A DNA stretch of 63,229 nucleotides, filler included, from Sphacelaria rigidula (lineage: Eukaryota), in the NCBI GenBank assembly GCA_964200075.2. It is 7 parts of 7 records of this genome, joined end to end, with 100 filler letters (N's around TTAATTAATTAA, not from the genome) between each part and the next. Parts side by side here need not be neighbours in the genome. Positions count along the whole stretch, not along the records: positions 1 to 8,948 come from CAXNAA020009678.1; positions 9,049 to 17,996 come from CAXNAA020009679.1; 5 more parts are not named here. The stretch is one strand, 5' to 3'. The position numbers were made by a program, and so were the translations under genes. Shown piece by piece: positions 1 to 13,554 of this stretch. How positions within the stretch are numbered: position 1 is the stretch's first letter; the number at the start of each line of letters is the position of its first letter. The notes under the pieces are model-generated. The model was given only the letters and a program-made list of their open reading frames with translations, ran no database searches and was not told the origin of the DNA.

Positions 1-1361
1 GAGACCGTGGCGCGCCCGCGGGCGAGGGGGGGGGGGGGGGGGGGGCGGGGTGCGGGGGGGGGGGGGGGGGGGGGGGGGGGGAGTAGAAAATCGCTAGTGC
101 TTTAACCTTGGAGACTATATGAATGTACAACGTTGTGTGCTGTCTGGTGCGCGTATGTTTTGTAGGGTACGGGTACGTTTAGCACGGTATGAGATTTCCT
201 ACAAAACTTACAGAACTGTCAGGTGCCGGTATGAAAGTCTCGAGGAGCCTTCAGAATCTGTCGGGAGTGGTACAGGGGATGTCCAGAAACTCTCAACCGC
301 AACCAGGATTTTCTACAAGGTAAACCGTGCCCAGGTAAGGGTATACATTTCATACAAATCTTGCAAAACTGTCGGGTACGGGTAATGCGCGGGCAGATAC
401 CCCGGGTATACGAGATACCGCACCCTGCAGAACACGACCTCGGCAATGTATACCGATGACGCATGGCTTGTCTGCTTCTTGACGTATTTTCTTCTGCTTT
501 GCTCCCTCTCTCGACTTTCCTTTTGTGAGTAATACCGTGTTTTCACTTCGGGTGCCTTCATCTTGTGATCGCCGCTGGATTCGTTCGGAATGACCTAACG
601 TGCGGCAGTCAGTTACCGAAACCAATAAGTCGCCCTGACGACAACAACAGCCAGTCACACTCTCCCACCACCAACGGGCACGTGCGCTAACCCAATCCAA
701 CCCGCGCACAGTCATCGCTGGATATGGAATATGACCAAAATAAAAGGAGACAACGTCCACGCCCCTGTAGTACCATGTTTTGAACCTGCAAATTATCCCA
801 ACAAAACGACTCGAGTTATCGCCTACGCGAGACTATGGAGCAAGTACCATGAGTCCATGCAGACTCGGCGAAAAAGTCGTTAAAGAGAGAGACATGAGTG
901 CTCAAACCGCTTGGCCAGTTTCTCTACAAAAACTAGGTGACTTCATGTGCGGCGATTCATCAAGGGGCATCGGGTGTAACTGACAACGAAACATCTACAG
1001 TGGGGCTCTCAGTATTGTGCTGTGTGGGGATCGCCAGCCTAGTATGGCCGCAGTACGTTTTTTGTGTTCGGTACTCTTTCAGTAACCTCTCGCCTTCCTC
1101 GGGGGATCCGTGATCCGGAAGGATTACCACATCTCTTGCACGGTAGACATCGCGTATTTTGGAATCGCGGATTGAATCATGACCAAAACTCGCGCACCGC
1201 GTAACAATTGTCAAAGTATTTTGCTCTCAAGTTTTCACGTTTTCAACGCTGGGGATCAGATACTTCACAGAGTAAGCCAAATGCATCTGCCGGGAATGAA
1301 ACAAAAATGTTTTTCCGGCCTTATTATGTAGGTTGAGGCATGACACCACCGGGGCGCGGGG

Positions 1362-1678
1362 TGTTATTATTTTTTGTCGCATTTTGAACCCCTCCACTTC
1401 CTCGGGGCGAGTCCGTGGTCTCAAGGGATCAACCCATCTCTCCCCGGTACATGCCTTTCATTTTGGTCTCGCGGATTGGGTCATGACTATCAGCACTCCC
1501 GCACCGCGTCAACTCAAGTCAAACCAACTCATGGACCTACTTTGTTTACTCATGTTCTCACGCTTTCCACGGCGGAAATCAGATTATACGAAGAAAAAAC
1601 CCAACGCATCGGGAATCAAAACCTCGTTCTTTTCACCCTAATGGCAACAGTCGGACAATTACACCGCTGGGGCGCGGC
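1362..1678 (-). mobile_element. tRNA-derived SINE, family A
   Basis: Head GCCGCGCCCC(A/G)G(C/T)GGTGTAAT with A-box/B-box-like motifs and an A-rich tail. Homologous to 20699-21017, 36013-36090 and 61940-62529. A second truncated head abuts at about 1341-1360. Confidence 0.8.
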
Positions 1679-2316
1679 ACTAGGACTCCACAATTCGGGT
1701 ATAGTGTAATCTCCACGCGGGTACAGCGCCATCACTTGCAAAATAGCCATATAATTTTATGGCTACGACACCCCAATGGTCCAACTGATGCATTGTCGGC
1801 CAGTTTGGGCGAGGTGGTAGCAGTGCGCTCGAATCCCGACAGTAATAACGTATATTCTTGTTTTTTTATGTGGAAAGGGTGAGAAGACATCACAAAAAAC
1901 GATGAACAGCAACGGGGTGCAGTAGTGGTAATCATCCAATGCTCGGGAACATGTTACAACATATGTCTCGGCGAAGAAATATACTGATCCCTTGGGTTAC
2001 AGGTTTGTCCTAAGTCATGGGGGAGGGGAGGAGGGGGTTCTCATCTGATACTTGCCTTAGTCGTTCGACCATTGACCACGCATCCCTTTCGAAACGGAGC
2101 ACCGTTCCTACTCCTAATAGAGACACCTCCAACAGACGCATGGTGAGGGCGGGGGGAATCGGAATCGGAACCATGACCGGCGGTATCAAACACACTATGA
2201 CCAAGTACCACGAGGTGTGAGGCCGCACTATAGAGGGTCTTTGACTGACCTTGCACAGGAACAACGGTTGAAACCACCGTAACAACCTTCAACCACATCC
2301 ACAGTTCTGCCGTTAC

Positions 2317-2469
2317 CTGTACGCCTGAGATGGCTTTGACCACCGTCGACTTTCCGTGTGCCACGTGACCGATGGTACCAATGTTGATCGTGGCCTGGCG
2401 ACTGATCACCTCTGGCGTTAGAGGAGTCAGTTTTGCTGGGTCCAGGGTCTCCAGATTCTGAATCGACAT
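2317..2469 (-). CDS. EIF2S3: N-terminal coding exon of translation initiation factor eIF2 gamma subunit; downstream exons not found in this contig
   Basis: Translates [51 protein letters not shown], the eIF2-gamma G1 motif, and ends at a CAG|GTAACG donor. The 5' boundary is uncertain; an upstream acceptor near 2515 is possible. Confidence 0.9.
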
Positions 2470-5400
2470 GTCATCATCCAAGAGCGACACAAGGGAGGAG
2501 CAGCAAAGAGATGGCTGTGGATGAGCAGATTGCCAAGATATTGGGGAAGACTTATGATACCGAAGCCGGTTTCCGAGTCCTGCTTGCGCCTTCGGAGTGC
2601 AAAATAAAGGTGTCAAAAGAAGCAATCTTCTGTGCGGTACCCCCGCGAAGAGTGTAAGCAAACGTACGACCACTGACCCATCGCCTCCATGTCATGGCGA
2701 ATATGGGCGTTGATTCGGGGGAAGGATACAGCTGAGGATATACAGTCAAGACGGTGCGTCGGCGTTTTTCCACAGAGTCGATTGGGTTCTCGATACGAAG
2801 TGCCTACCCCTTGTGAGCAACGAGAGAAGGCATGTAACAATATTGCCATGCTTTTTTCACACCACAGAATCTCCGTAGACCCAGCTTGCGTGATATGCAC
2901 GTAAACGGGAAAATGATACTGACTACTACTCTGTCTTATACATATGATGGTATATCCCGGAAACAGAACTAAACGCACGAAATAAAGACCATGTACGACA
3001 CAAAATGAACACCATGTACAACGGGTGTTCATCATCACAGGCTGTGCTATAACTTGCTCAACTGTCTGGTGCAAGAACGACAAGCTTCAAACAGAAGCCG
3101 CACAAAAAGTTGGTGCGCCCCGACAAATTACGAAAAATGGATTACAGTAGAGGTTGAACCCACACGAAGACGGTACTTCTTGAGGCTGGATTTGCACCGA
3201 AAAGCGGTTGTGTTCAGCATGTCCATACTTTCTGCTTCCACGTAACAAGATTCATGTTTTCCTATTGGCAACATCCCTCTTAAAGGTAACTTTAGCAACA
3301 GTACCGACGATTTAGGCTGGTTACGGTGATTCACTGGGACCTCGTGGATTCTGTCGGCCGGTCTTTTCACGTAGATTCGGCTGGATACGGCCAACAACAA
3401 AACTATCGATGAAGTTCGACCAGAACTAGAATTGGAAAAGAATCGCAAGAGTACAACCGCTGCAACGGCGAGGCGTTCGCTGAGGCCTATGAAATCATCC
3501 TGAGTTGGAGCGCGACGAAACTGACCGGTGATCAGATTACATCCCACCGAGTAAAACAACCAATAGCACCGCTCATGAACCAAAATGAGAGAGGGGAGGC
3601 ACAGCTAGGGCGAGCGCACGCCGCGTAGTATCACGAATTGCAATGAAGTTGAGGGGTCCAAACAAAAAATCAATCATCATTCCACGTCCGCAGATGAAAA
3701 TAGGAGATGCACGTATAGCGCACAAACATCTATGAAACGCAACTTAGTTCACGGAGAAGGTATACGAATGTATATACATATCACGAGTTTTCATGGCATT
3801 GACCACGAGATATGTTAGAGTGATTAATCTTCGGACGCGCTCAATTGTAGTGATGCATTTCCAGAGTCTGTGGGACCAACAGCGTGGCCTTCGGCGACAT
3901 GGACGGGGTCTGCCGCCCGTTGTCTGCTCTTGCACCACGAACCCCTGCGATCCCTAAACTTCGTTGTGTTTCGAGACATTTAAATTTAAACCAAGCCCTG
4001 TTCGACGCAAGGAGTCAAAAAGAGTACACCTACCTGAACCGCCAAGTGCTCCTGCGTGACGCCATGACGGTTTCGGCGCGCCCCGCCTGATGTCTCTGCC
4101 GCGCCCTCCCCCGCCCCGGCCAAAGGCTGCGTGCCATTTCACAGCACGCGAAAAATGGATGATAGCGACGTCGTTAGAATCGCACTGTTGACGTACGGGT
4201 ATTATGGCCTACCCTACGCTATGTGGTGTATACCAACGACAGGCTGGATAAGTTTTTAGTTTGTAGGGTCCACAGAGTCGATCATCCGGGGGTGATCTGG
4301 GGGGGCTGATATACAGCGCACCTCAGTACCGCACCGTAGGTGCTGGTATGCCACCAAATATAGCCGAAGTCTTTGTACACGGGGGCGTAATTCAACGGGG
4401 GAGGGAGTGATGTGCAACGTACCAGTAATGAGGTCTACAGCCCAGGAGAATCGTCTTTGCAGCGAACCCAAGTCCCAAATGGTATCACTACTGGTATTCT
4501 TCAAAGCCGTGTCAGTTTGCCCCGAGCCCTCTTCACCACAGCAAACGCAGTCACCCATGTGCGCGCGCTCTCTTTACCTTCAACCCTCGAGAGCCCCGGG
4601 CTCACCAACAATTGAAAACGAGTTTTGCTAGCTGGTCGTTCGTGGGAATAACGACGCAGGAGAAATCAACGCGCTCACTCAAGCCATGACGTGGAGCCAG
4701 AGCGGTTCAGATACCACATCGCTCACAAAAAAAGCAGTACAGTTCACAACAGTGCAGTCACTAAAGACAGTATCACACCGTGTAGTACATGAAGTGCAGT
4801 GCAATCCTAAATATGCGAATCTGTGTGCGGATCTGTCAACCATACACGGAACTCCGACCACGATACCAGCGCAACAACGACGTGTCTTGGGTGGTCGTAA
4901 CTCAAAAGCATCCAAGGGCAAACCGCAAGCGGCGAGATATGCATACCGAATCCTGGTGGTGCAAGCTTGACTTTCTGGGGGGGTAAACAAGCAGATGCTG
5001 GCGGCATCTGTCCCTGAGCACGCCGCCGCCAATCGCGGCTGAAAGGGTAGTAGTTCTCACCACTCACTGATGCGTCAGTTGGCATCACACGAGCACGTTC
5101 ACGCGTTTATCCTCGGCTGTTTGTTAGTTCTCTTTTTTTCACCAGTGCGGGGGCGATCGGGCCTCACGAAAAACTGATGGGGTCGGAGGTCATGGACTTC
5201 AAAGACGTCTTGTACACCAACATCGAGTGTACCAAGAATATCGCGGATGATCCTTCTTCATGACCAAGTCATTTTCTAGTCTCCGAGATCCCGAGATGTC
5301 TTGGTTTTGTGAGTACCAACCAACTTAGTTGGTTAAGGGTGCCTACGCACACGCTCTTTCAGAGAAAAATGTTACATGTTGGTGGTTACCCTCCTTGGTC

Positions 5401-6099
5401 GCTTGCCCGCTGGCGACGCGATCGGTTCATCACGCGCCGTAGAAACGAATCCAATAGTGGTGAACATAATTTTGATGGATACCATGAGGCCCCCAGGATC
5501 TGAGCGGTAGAACTTGTGAGGCATCACATCCTGGATCTCATCTCCCGCTGTTGAACCGTGAATAAATAAGTGTCCTGATTGAACCATGTACATGAATCAA
5601 AGATTCCGGAGCACAGAATGCACAGGACAGGTGGTGCGACTAGACTTGATGCTGGCAAACAGAGATGAGCTGCTAAGCTTTAGCGTGGGGATTGCTTGTA
5701 GTGAAGAGGCCGCCGGCGGGATAGTTCCGAAAAGAAGTCTGGCGCCCAAGGGGGGTGATGCGCTTGGAACGAAAGATGAAAAAAAAAAAAAAACAGAAAG
5801 GAACGAGGCAATGCAGTACCCGAACCCCAAATAGGGCCACGGGGCTATATTCTCGGGCGCGGATCNNNNNNNNNNCCGGCGGGAAAGTGCCGAAAAAAAG
5901 ACTGGCGCCCAAGGGGGGTGATGCGCTTGAAAAAAAAAAAAAAAAAAAAAAAAAACAGAAAGGAACGAGGCAATGCAGTACACGAACCACAAATATCTCC
6001 ACTGCACTATATTATCGTTCGCGCATACAAATATTATAGTATACATCATCAGTGAACCGCTTGGTACAGTGGGGTGGTGGAATGCCCCGAACCGAACAG

Positions 6100-6353
6100 T
6101 GTACTATTTTTTGTTTGTCGTCATTTTGTTGTTATTGCTGTTGTTGTTTGTTCTTGCTCTTGTTATGTGGTGTTGGTGGTGGCGGTGTTGTTTTTGTTGT
6201 TATCGCTGCTCCCTTTCTTTTTTCCATTCCGGGGCCGTTGCTTTTGTCTTTTTCTTTTCCTTTCCTTCTTTCTTCTTGTATTATTCTGTTCTATTTTTGC
6301 TGCGGGCTGGATTGTTACAATCAGCTCATGTAAGATAATCAATCAACCAATCA
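6100..6353 (+). repeat. T/G-rich repeat ending in an (AATC)n-like tail, probable retroposon 3' end
   Basis: Low-complexity TGT/TTC tract ending in TAAGATAATCAATCAACCAATCA. Confidence 0.4.
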
Positions 6354-6419
6354 GTACTACCCACTGCGGGTTGTGAGGCTGCACATCGATTGGTAGGGTC
6401 TCCAAAGGCACGAATCAAA

Positions 6420-8040
6420 CACGGCCTTGTGCTGCTGAAAAGTGCGACTAGGAAAAAAAATGTTTTCGCATAGTATCTTCCCCATGGGCTATGTTCCATC
6501 TCTACGGATGCATATGTTCGAAGTATTTTATTGTTTTTGTGGGTGCCGCGGGTGGACCTGTTCCTTCAGTTTCCTATCCGAAGAATGGAAGCCAAGACGT
6601 GACAGCAAGAACACAATGTATTCGGGGTATGGATCCAACAGGACCAATGTAGGAAGAAACAACCCTTTCGGTTTTGGTCATATTCCATTGTACAGCGATG
6701 TAGCCCCCACCAGGGGAGTGATGTTCATGTGTGACTGGATACCTTCGACCTTTTGAACGCGGGTCTGAATGAGTGGGTTAATGATATGGTTGAAAAAAGG
6801 GGCATGCGAGGGCTGCGCACAGAAGAACAGTCTTCTCGAGAAGTTTAGTAGGAAGAGTAATCCTATCGCCATCAGTCCCAACGGATGTTGAGCGGGTAGG
6901 AACAACTGCTGGATCCGACATGTGATTGATACAATATAGGCATAAAGACGCTACACCGCCACTTCAAGCTTCATGCCCCGGGCTTTCAAAAGGGATACTC
7001 TCGCATCAAAAACGGATACGTATGGCACTGATGCGGGAAGCGCGTTCATGACGTTCTCGGATCGCCTCAGAGGAGAACCTACAAGACCTTTTCGGTTTGT
7101 TTCATAGCCTCGAGTTCGCACAAGGGACGGGGGAGGACGATGTGCAAAGGAAATTCTAGGCATTTTATGGGATTCCTCGTCCTTGGTCCCCTAGACATTA
7201 CATTCACGAAGGGCTTCTCGACGTGGACAAGAACCTAAATAGCTGGTGTCATTCCCGCGACAGCGGAATCATCATCTGTGGCAAGTAAACTGCTCGTGAT
7301 CCACACGATATCAGCGAACTTCTACTCGACAACCGAGTAGAGGAAAACAGCCCCCCTTGTTCAAGCTAGTCGTCAAGCACAGTGTTGTCCTTCACCGTGC
7401 ATGCAAATGAGGTACACTCCGATGACATGAGGGCCAGGAACACGCTCAACTTCGGTGACATTTCATCGTAAACTCGTTTACTTTCAAAATCTTGTCGATT
7501 TCAAGGTAACGAACCCCTCCAGTCTTCAGTGCGCCGTCCATTTTCGTATCCTCTTTCGCTTCTTGGCATAAAAATATTTGACGTCACTTACAACAGCCAT
7601 GGTGTTGTTGTCCTATGAGCAAACGTTTTACAGTACGGTGCGACTAGTGCCTCCCCCTGCAACCATTATTGAAACTAGGGCTCATACTGATCATACACCT
7701 TCACGGGTTCATTCCCACAAATGCCGATCGAGGTCTCATTACCGCTTCACAAGGGCGACACCACGGGATGACTCTATATTCTTCCTAAACGGGTCGCAGG
7801 TTCCAGTGCCGGTCCGATCAATGCGACACATCTAAAAATCCCGAAAGTGAAGCGGGTACCGAACGGTCGTAACATTGGTGGGTAAGGAGAAAAGCGGTGG
7901 GAAATCAGTAAGCAGGGTTCACAAACTCATGGGCGAGTCTTTTGCGGAGAACGTTGGCTTGGCGTCCCAACACACGCAAGAGGCATGTCAAGAAAAAAGT
8001 TGAACAAGCATCCTCACTGTTAGCAGGCATGAAGGCTCTA
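6420..8040 (+). pseudogene. Possible heavily degraded CxC/KDZ-related transposase-like relic
   Basis: Frameshifted motif remnants in a plausible order: HGLVLL..FSHSIF (about 6420-6480), FHCTxCSPH..VMFMCD (about 6683-6740), FFLNGSQVPVPVRS (about 7778) and C..KLNKHP(S)LLAGM (about 7986-8030). Confidence 0.28.
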
Positions 8041-8948
8041 CAAACCTTTGAACCCTCATTGATTGCACGAAGGGGTTCTTGACATGAGGGGTAATGTGTA
8101 TACTACCAGAAAGACCCTCCACAAGCGTACGTCGAGGGCTCATCGCCTCTTTACATTTTGGTTCAATGGTTAAGATAGTTATAGTTCAGATATCAAGACC
8201 GTTCGTGACTCTCAGGCGTCGATCTGTGCCTACTCCTGCAGGTCGTCGTCCGAGACACGGGACTGTCAGCCCCGACCATCAGAATGATACGTATGGGCAC
8301 CATTGCACACTAACTAAATGGCTGAAGGCTTCCAAGGATAGGGACAGTACTGTACTGTGTTTGAACAGAGACCGGCATATGGCTGATGTGGTTGCCGCTT
8401 CATGTGGTGTTCCAATACTACAAATTTAGTACCGCCGCAGAGTATTTTCAACGGGACGATAATAACATACGCTCCATACGCTCCCACGGCTGATCATCAG
8501 CGATGGTCGACAACTCGTAAACGAGATAAACAGCAAAGTCTCATTCGTCGCTTCAGGTCAACCATCGTCGGTCTGCACGGGCCTAGACAAGGTCGACGCC
8601 GCCATTTTGGGCACTCTGAGGGCATATTGGTTAACGGCAACGTCTGCAGTCTGTAGCAGGCTAGTGGACCTTGCGTCATTATTGCTTGCCGGACCAAACA
8701 GTCGCTCCCGCTATGCACGCCAACCACCACGAAGATGAAAACTAGAAATATGGATGACACCGATCAGGTTTGAGCGAGCCAGGAGACCCGCCCTTTCCCA
8801 TCTCTTATCCAACAAACGATCCTGAGTGTGCTCCAGTTGAGTTTTGCCTTCATTTGTCGACTGCTGTTGCCCCATTTGTTCACTTTTTCATACGTCGGAC
8901 GAGCACGAGTGTCACTCGTGGCACTCGCTCTCGCTGGGCTGCTCGTTG

Positions 8949-9048
8949 NNNNNNNNNNNNNNNNNNNNNNNNNNNNNNNNNNNNNNNNNNNNTTAATTAA
9001 TTAANNNNNNNNNNNNNNNNNNNNNNNNNNNNNNNNNNNNNNNNNNNN
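8949..9048. other. Artificial contig linker; also at 17997-18096, 27044-27143, 36091-36190, 45138-45237 and 54184-54283
   Basis: Identical 44N-TTAATTAATTAA-44N blocks (stops in all six frames) separate contigs of 8948, 8948, 8947, 8947, 8947, 8946 and 8946 bp. Confidence 0.97.
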
Positions 9049-9152
9049 CTTTCGTGCAAGACAGATATGCCACTTCAGTCCCATATTTTGTATGAACCCC
9101 AAAATATAAAACCGGCTGTTATAGCAGAATCCCGACTTTTTGCGCGAGTATA

Positions 9153-10679
9153 CAGGCTTGTTCAGGCTCATCACCCAAACACCACTCATCGGCAAAACCT
9201 CACGCCGTGTTGAGGAGTTACACCCTGAAATTTCGCTCAGATGTTCTATGAGGTATTATGCAACTTTCGAAGGTCGAGGTTTTCCGACTTTTTGACTTTC
9301 TTCACCGTTTTTCGGGGGAACATCGATCCAATCGGACCCCCGTAAAACGTTGAAGCGGACCCCCGAAAAACGGCGAAGAAAGTTAGAAAGTCGAAAAACC
9401 TCGTTGATCAAAAGTTGCGCAATGACCCATAGCACGGTTGTCCAAAGTTTCGGGGTCTAACTCCTTCAAACGGCGTGAGGTTTTTCGCTTTTATACGATG
9501 ACCTTTGACGTGCCGCGGTGAAACCGCAAACTACTTGATTTTAGTACGAAAACGGCCGTTTTTGGGCCTTCTTTGACGTGAAAATGAAAATTCAAGCATC
9601 AGTTGTTCGAGTTTTGCGACGAAATTGTGTGGGGCCCTTCCTTGGGTTATGCGGCGATAGATCGTTTACGAAAAAAATTAAAAAAACAAAATCGTAGTGC
9701 GGGTTTTTCCGGGGTCCCAGGGTGGAGACTACTACTTCGAAAAACGACTTGAATCCCGTCGGACCCCCGAAAAACGGTGAAAAATTCAAGAAGTAAATAA
9801 GCATCATCCACAAAAAGTTGCGTAATGATACATATTAATAGCATATTTGTGCAAAAGTGCAGGATCTAACTCCTGGTGATGGCGTAAAGCTTTGCGCGTT
9901 TGTGGAGGACGTGGGCTTGAAACGTGCAACTCCTTACTACTTGCTTTGGAAACGTCTTTTGAGGTGAATTTTACGTCAAGGCAAGAAAAACTGTATGAGG
10001 TTTTCGAGTTTCTCCACCAAACTTTGTACATGTGTTCTTGGACTACCCCGGGACGCACTATCTTGTTTTTTTCTTCTAGGGCATTCTGTACCGTCTTCCG
10101 GGGGTCTTCATATTGAGACCCCCGGAAGCGGGTAGAAAACGGAGATACTTTGAAATGTTGTCAAGAATACGATTTTTAGATTTGGAGCATCAATACGTAC
10201 TGAACTGCCAAGTTTGAGGGCGATCTGAGCTTTTCTACAACAGATAAAGGCGACATCGTCACAACGCTCCCTGGGTCTTTCGTGCGCATCATTAGTGGAA
10301 ATCAGACGAAAACACCCTACATCACCGACACATCACGGTTCCCGGTATGGTTCTACCCCCGTTGTAAACACTCCAAACATGTTTTTTCGTTAGATTCCCG
10401 AGCCGATGACGGTTACTACGGTCTGAAGCATGTGGAGATTGGGTGAAAATTGGGCTTGGAATTCGTAAGTTTGATCTCGGAACAGTTTGACGGGCGGTGA
10501 TTGGTCGATATACCTTTTCGCCCTTAGCGCTACCTCTATTATGGTCTTGCACACAAATCCGGCTATGTCACGCTCTTCAGCTGTCCATGGCGGTCAGTAT
10601 GATATCATGTATGCGACTATTAGATAGGTATTGCGAAAACCATTTGCTGATGACACCAGTTTGGGTGATGCACAGCCTG
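9153..10679. mobile_element. Non-autonomous TIR DNA transposon (about 1.5 kb) with TA target site, Tc1/mariner-like
   Basis: The left end TA|CAGGCTTGTTCAGGCTCATCACCCAAAC is an imperfect inverted match to the right end TTTGGGTGATGCACAGCCTG|TA. Internal GACCCCCGAAAAACGG repeats occur in both orientations. The right part recurs at 54284-54717. Confidence 0.75.
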
Positions 10680-10849
10680 TAGTGTGGAGTACGAACTTGG
10701 AAGATACCAACCATAACCATACACAAGTGCACGAAAAAGTCAGTTCAAAGCCATCAGTGTAGATTTGTTCGGTCACGACACCGTTGACCCTCAATGTTGA
10801 TGATGCCAACAGCGCTATACATTTATGCTTTTCACGTGCTGTGCAAGCT

Positions 10850-11180
10850 CTCCCATGATAGCCCTTAAACCGGACAGCATATGAAAAAATCTCACGTGAC
10901 GGTAACTGAGCCGAGCAAGTTTCACATGGCCATCACACAGAAAAAGTGAAAATCTCGCAAGACCATCCGAAAGGACCACAAGCTCGACGTGTTGCGTGTG
11001 TATTGTCGTCCCATCTCTCTGGGACACCGGTCTAAGCCCACGTGACGATCATTAAGCCGGACAAAATTCTCACATGATCACCTCTGAACCGGATAGCAAG
11101 GGCAAAAACTTCACATGACCATCTTTGAAGGGGTTAAGGAGCGTGAACACGCGCAAAAGACACGCGTCAAACTCCGGATA
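10850..11180 (+). repeat. Degenerate array of TCACATGACCATC..TGAACCGG motifs
   Basis: About 6 diverged motif copies with variable spacing; a homologous array lies at 13555-13830. Confidence 0.6.
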
Positions 11181-11311
11181 CGCAAAAAAAATCCATCACG
11201 GGCCGTGTAAACGGGCTTCTTCTTTTGTCGTGTGCGTTGCAATAGCATACGTATACCATCAACCCTGTGCCTCGAGGTCCCCTTTGATGCGAGCACCGTT
11301 CCAAACTACCA

Positions 11312-11918
11312 CGAGCTGGGCCAGCCAACAGTGGGTGGTTTTCTCGCTTAGGCGACGCACGGCGTGTTATTAGGAGTTGGACGCTGAAATTTCGACAGCA
11401 GCTTTTTATGATCGACATGAAGAACATTCCGTGAGCAGCAAAGAAAAAAAGGAGAAAAAAGGCAGTTATGGGGGTTTGAAATTTCAGCAAAAACAAGATA
11501 ATGTCATGAGTCCAGAAAAAAAATGAGAATCTGCAGCTGCTCACGGGATGTACCATTTCCTTGGTTGGGTGCAGAAGGTCTTCGTGAAATTTCAGCTCAA
11601 GAGTTGTCGAATTGGACCGTGCGTGCAACGTTTTGCGTGACGCAGCTGCACCGCTACAATTCAAGATATGGGAGGCTTCAATTATGGAGGTCATGAGTTC
11701 GAATCCCGACAGATTCTCTTTTTTTTTTCGTCCGTCGTTGAGGTCATCCACTGTGCAGTACATTTTTTTTTTCATTTTTCCCTTCATTCAGCGGCGGTGC
11801 CGTGTGTTACCAGGTTGGTCTGCACTTGACGGTGATATACTTACATCGGGTTCATTCGGGAAACGAGGAAAGCTGTGGTGTGAGCAACTTTCGGCCGCTT
11901 TGAAGCTGGCCCAGCTCA
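11312..11918 (+). mobile_element. MITE (about 610 bp) with CGAGCTGGGCCAGC TIRs, TA-type target site
   Basis: Ends CA|CGAGCTGGGCCAGC and GCTGGCCCAGCTCA|TA; inverted homologue at 15796-16416. Confidence 0.78.
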
Positions 11919-12642
11919 TACACTGCACTCGAGAGATTGAGGAAAATCAGTGAAGTCGATACATGAATGTGCAGCACAATTGAGGCTGTATTGGGGACGT
12001 CAAAAACAATGATGGGGAGGGGGCTGCGTGGTTGGGAGACAGTTTTGCATGTCGGTTCGTCCGCCGATATTGATGGGAGATTGCGGGGCACTTATCGGGA
12101 TATTGAGATGGCATGGCGCCGAAACGACAAGGTGTGCTGATTTCGCCAACATTCGAGAACATTAAAAACTAGCCGAAGAGACCGAACCTGAAGCGGTTGA
12201 AGATGACGGGCCGTCTGTGAAATGCAACGCATGTGCAGTGCAATCTGCAAAAAATAAGAGCCGGCATATATATGTGCTGCACAATTGTGCTTGTGTTGGG
12301 GGCGCCAAATTAATTGTCGAGAAGGGTATGAGGCGACGCGACACAGAGGCGGATCTTTTGCGTCTGGGATTATATAAACATATTACATTAAAATTGAATG
12401 AAATATATTAACAATCATACGCGCAGGTACCGATAACCTTGGCTCTTGAGTGCCCCCCTGACGGCGAACCCGTTTTTCACTACTACACAAAAAAGTATGT
12501 TTGGGACCGAAATCTGGACAACTGGTGCCGATATGTACTACAAAGCAGAGTACCGTAGTGATGAAGTGCAGATTATGTTGGAACCGCGGATGGAATGATT
12601 CAAGGAAGGAGGGGACGCAATGGTGGTAGTCACGCCATGGTA

Positions 12643-12920
12643 ACCAATTCGCCGTCGAGGACGTCGGTTGTTTGTGAAATTCAACGTCGGGTGTTTGTGA
12701 AATTCAACGTATCGAAATTTGCACCATAAAAGAGATGAATCTTACGTCGTAAACGTGTCAAAATATTTTCAATTTCGCTACTTCGTCCATCACACCGAAC
12801 GTACAGCGGCAGTGGTAGTCGGGTAAAATCTGCCCGAAATAAGAGGGAAAATTTACCAATTCGCCGACGAGGACGACGGGTACCGGTAAAATCCAACGTA
12901 TAAAAATCTGCACCATAAAT
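12643..12920 (+). repeat. Imperfect direct repeat (about 213-bp spacing) with an internal short tandem duplication
   Basis: CCAATTCGCCG(T/A)CGAGGACG(T/A)CGG..AAAT(T/C)CAACGTA..TGCACCATAAA at about 12644 and 12856; TGTTTGTGAAATTCAACGT occurs twice in tandem. Confidence 0.65.
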
Positions 12921-13554
12921 CATTGCTCGAGTTCTCTATATCCACGACTACACTACTCCATTCTCGACGGGCTCGACGGGTTTGCTACTTTTTTCGAGTT
13001 GCCCCTTGCTCGACGGGATACACCGCCTCCAACGTGGGCGGTTACGGGGGTGAAGATGGCACGTTCTCAAATCAGCCCCAAACACATCGTGCGACTTCCT
13101 CACTTGTTGATACGGCGACAACCGGTGAGAAGAAAGCACAACACACGCATGGTTGCGGTGCGTTCGCGCAATGTGAGCGGGGTGGTGGCGTGGGAAACTT
13201 CACCAGAAGAAGCAACGTTTCTGGTGTTGAGCTAAAACGGATCACGCGTGGAGCTCAATAAATTTAATTCGGTGTGGTACGCTTTCACCAGTCCAAAGAA
13301 GCGAGAAAAAAATACCGTTTTTCAGGTCGGCGTTACCCTCGGCGATATGGACGGGGACTTGAATCACATAGCGCGGCTCGGGAATCCGAAACAAGCACTG
13401 GTGTTTTGACACGTGAGGGGGTGATCCGAGAACGGATGATACGCCGATGTTCTATGCGAGCACTTCAAACATCGAAATTGATTGGCCGCCCCGCCCGGTA
13501 CGGAAACACACCGTGTCACACGAGCTACACATGCTTGCCTGTCGAGAAAGAACC

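Noticed and set aside
1..81. G-rich tract as a G-quadruplex element; also at 27184-27210
   Set aside because: Poly-G near contig starts is commonly a sequencing or assembly artefact.
5715..5996. Tandem duplication of about 110 bp around a 9-N gap
   Set aside because: The copies differ mainly in homopolymer-type errors and flank a gap, so these are probably unmerged overlapping contig ends.
5973..6376. Hydrophobic ORFs as membrane proteins
   Set aside because: They are translations of a T/G-rich low-complexity repeat.
8993..9004. TTAATTAATTAA recurring about every 9,047 bp as a biological periodic site
   Set aside because: Always centred in N runs; it is an artificial six-frame stop linker.
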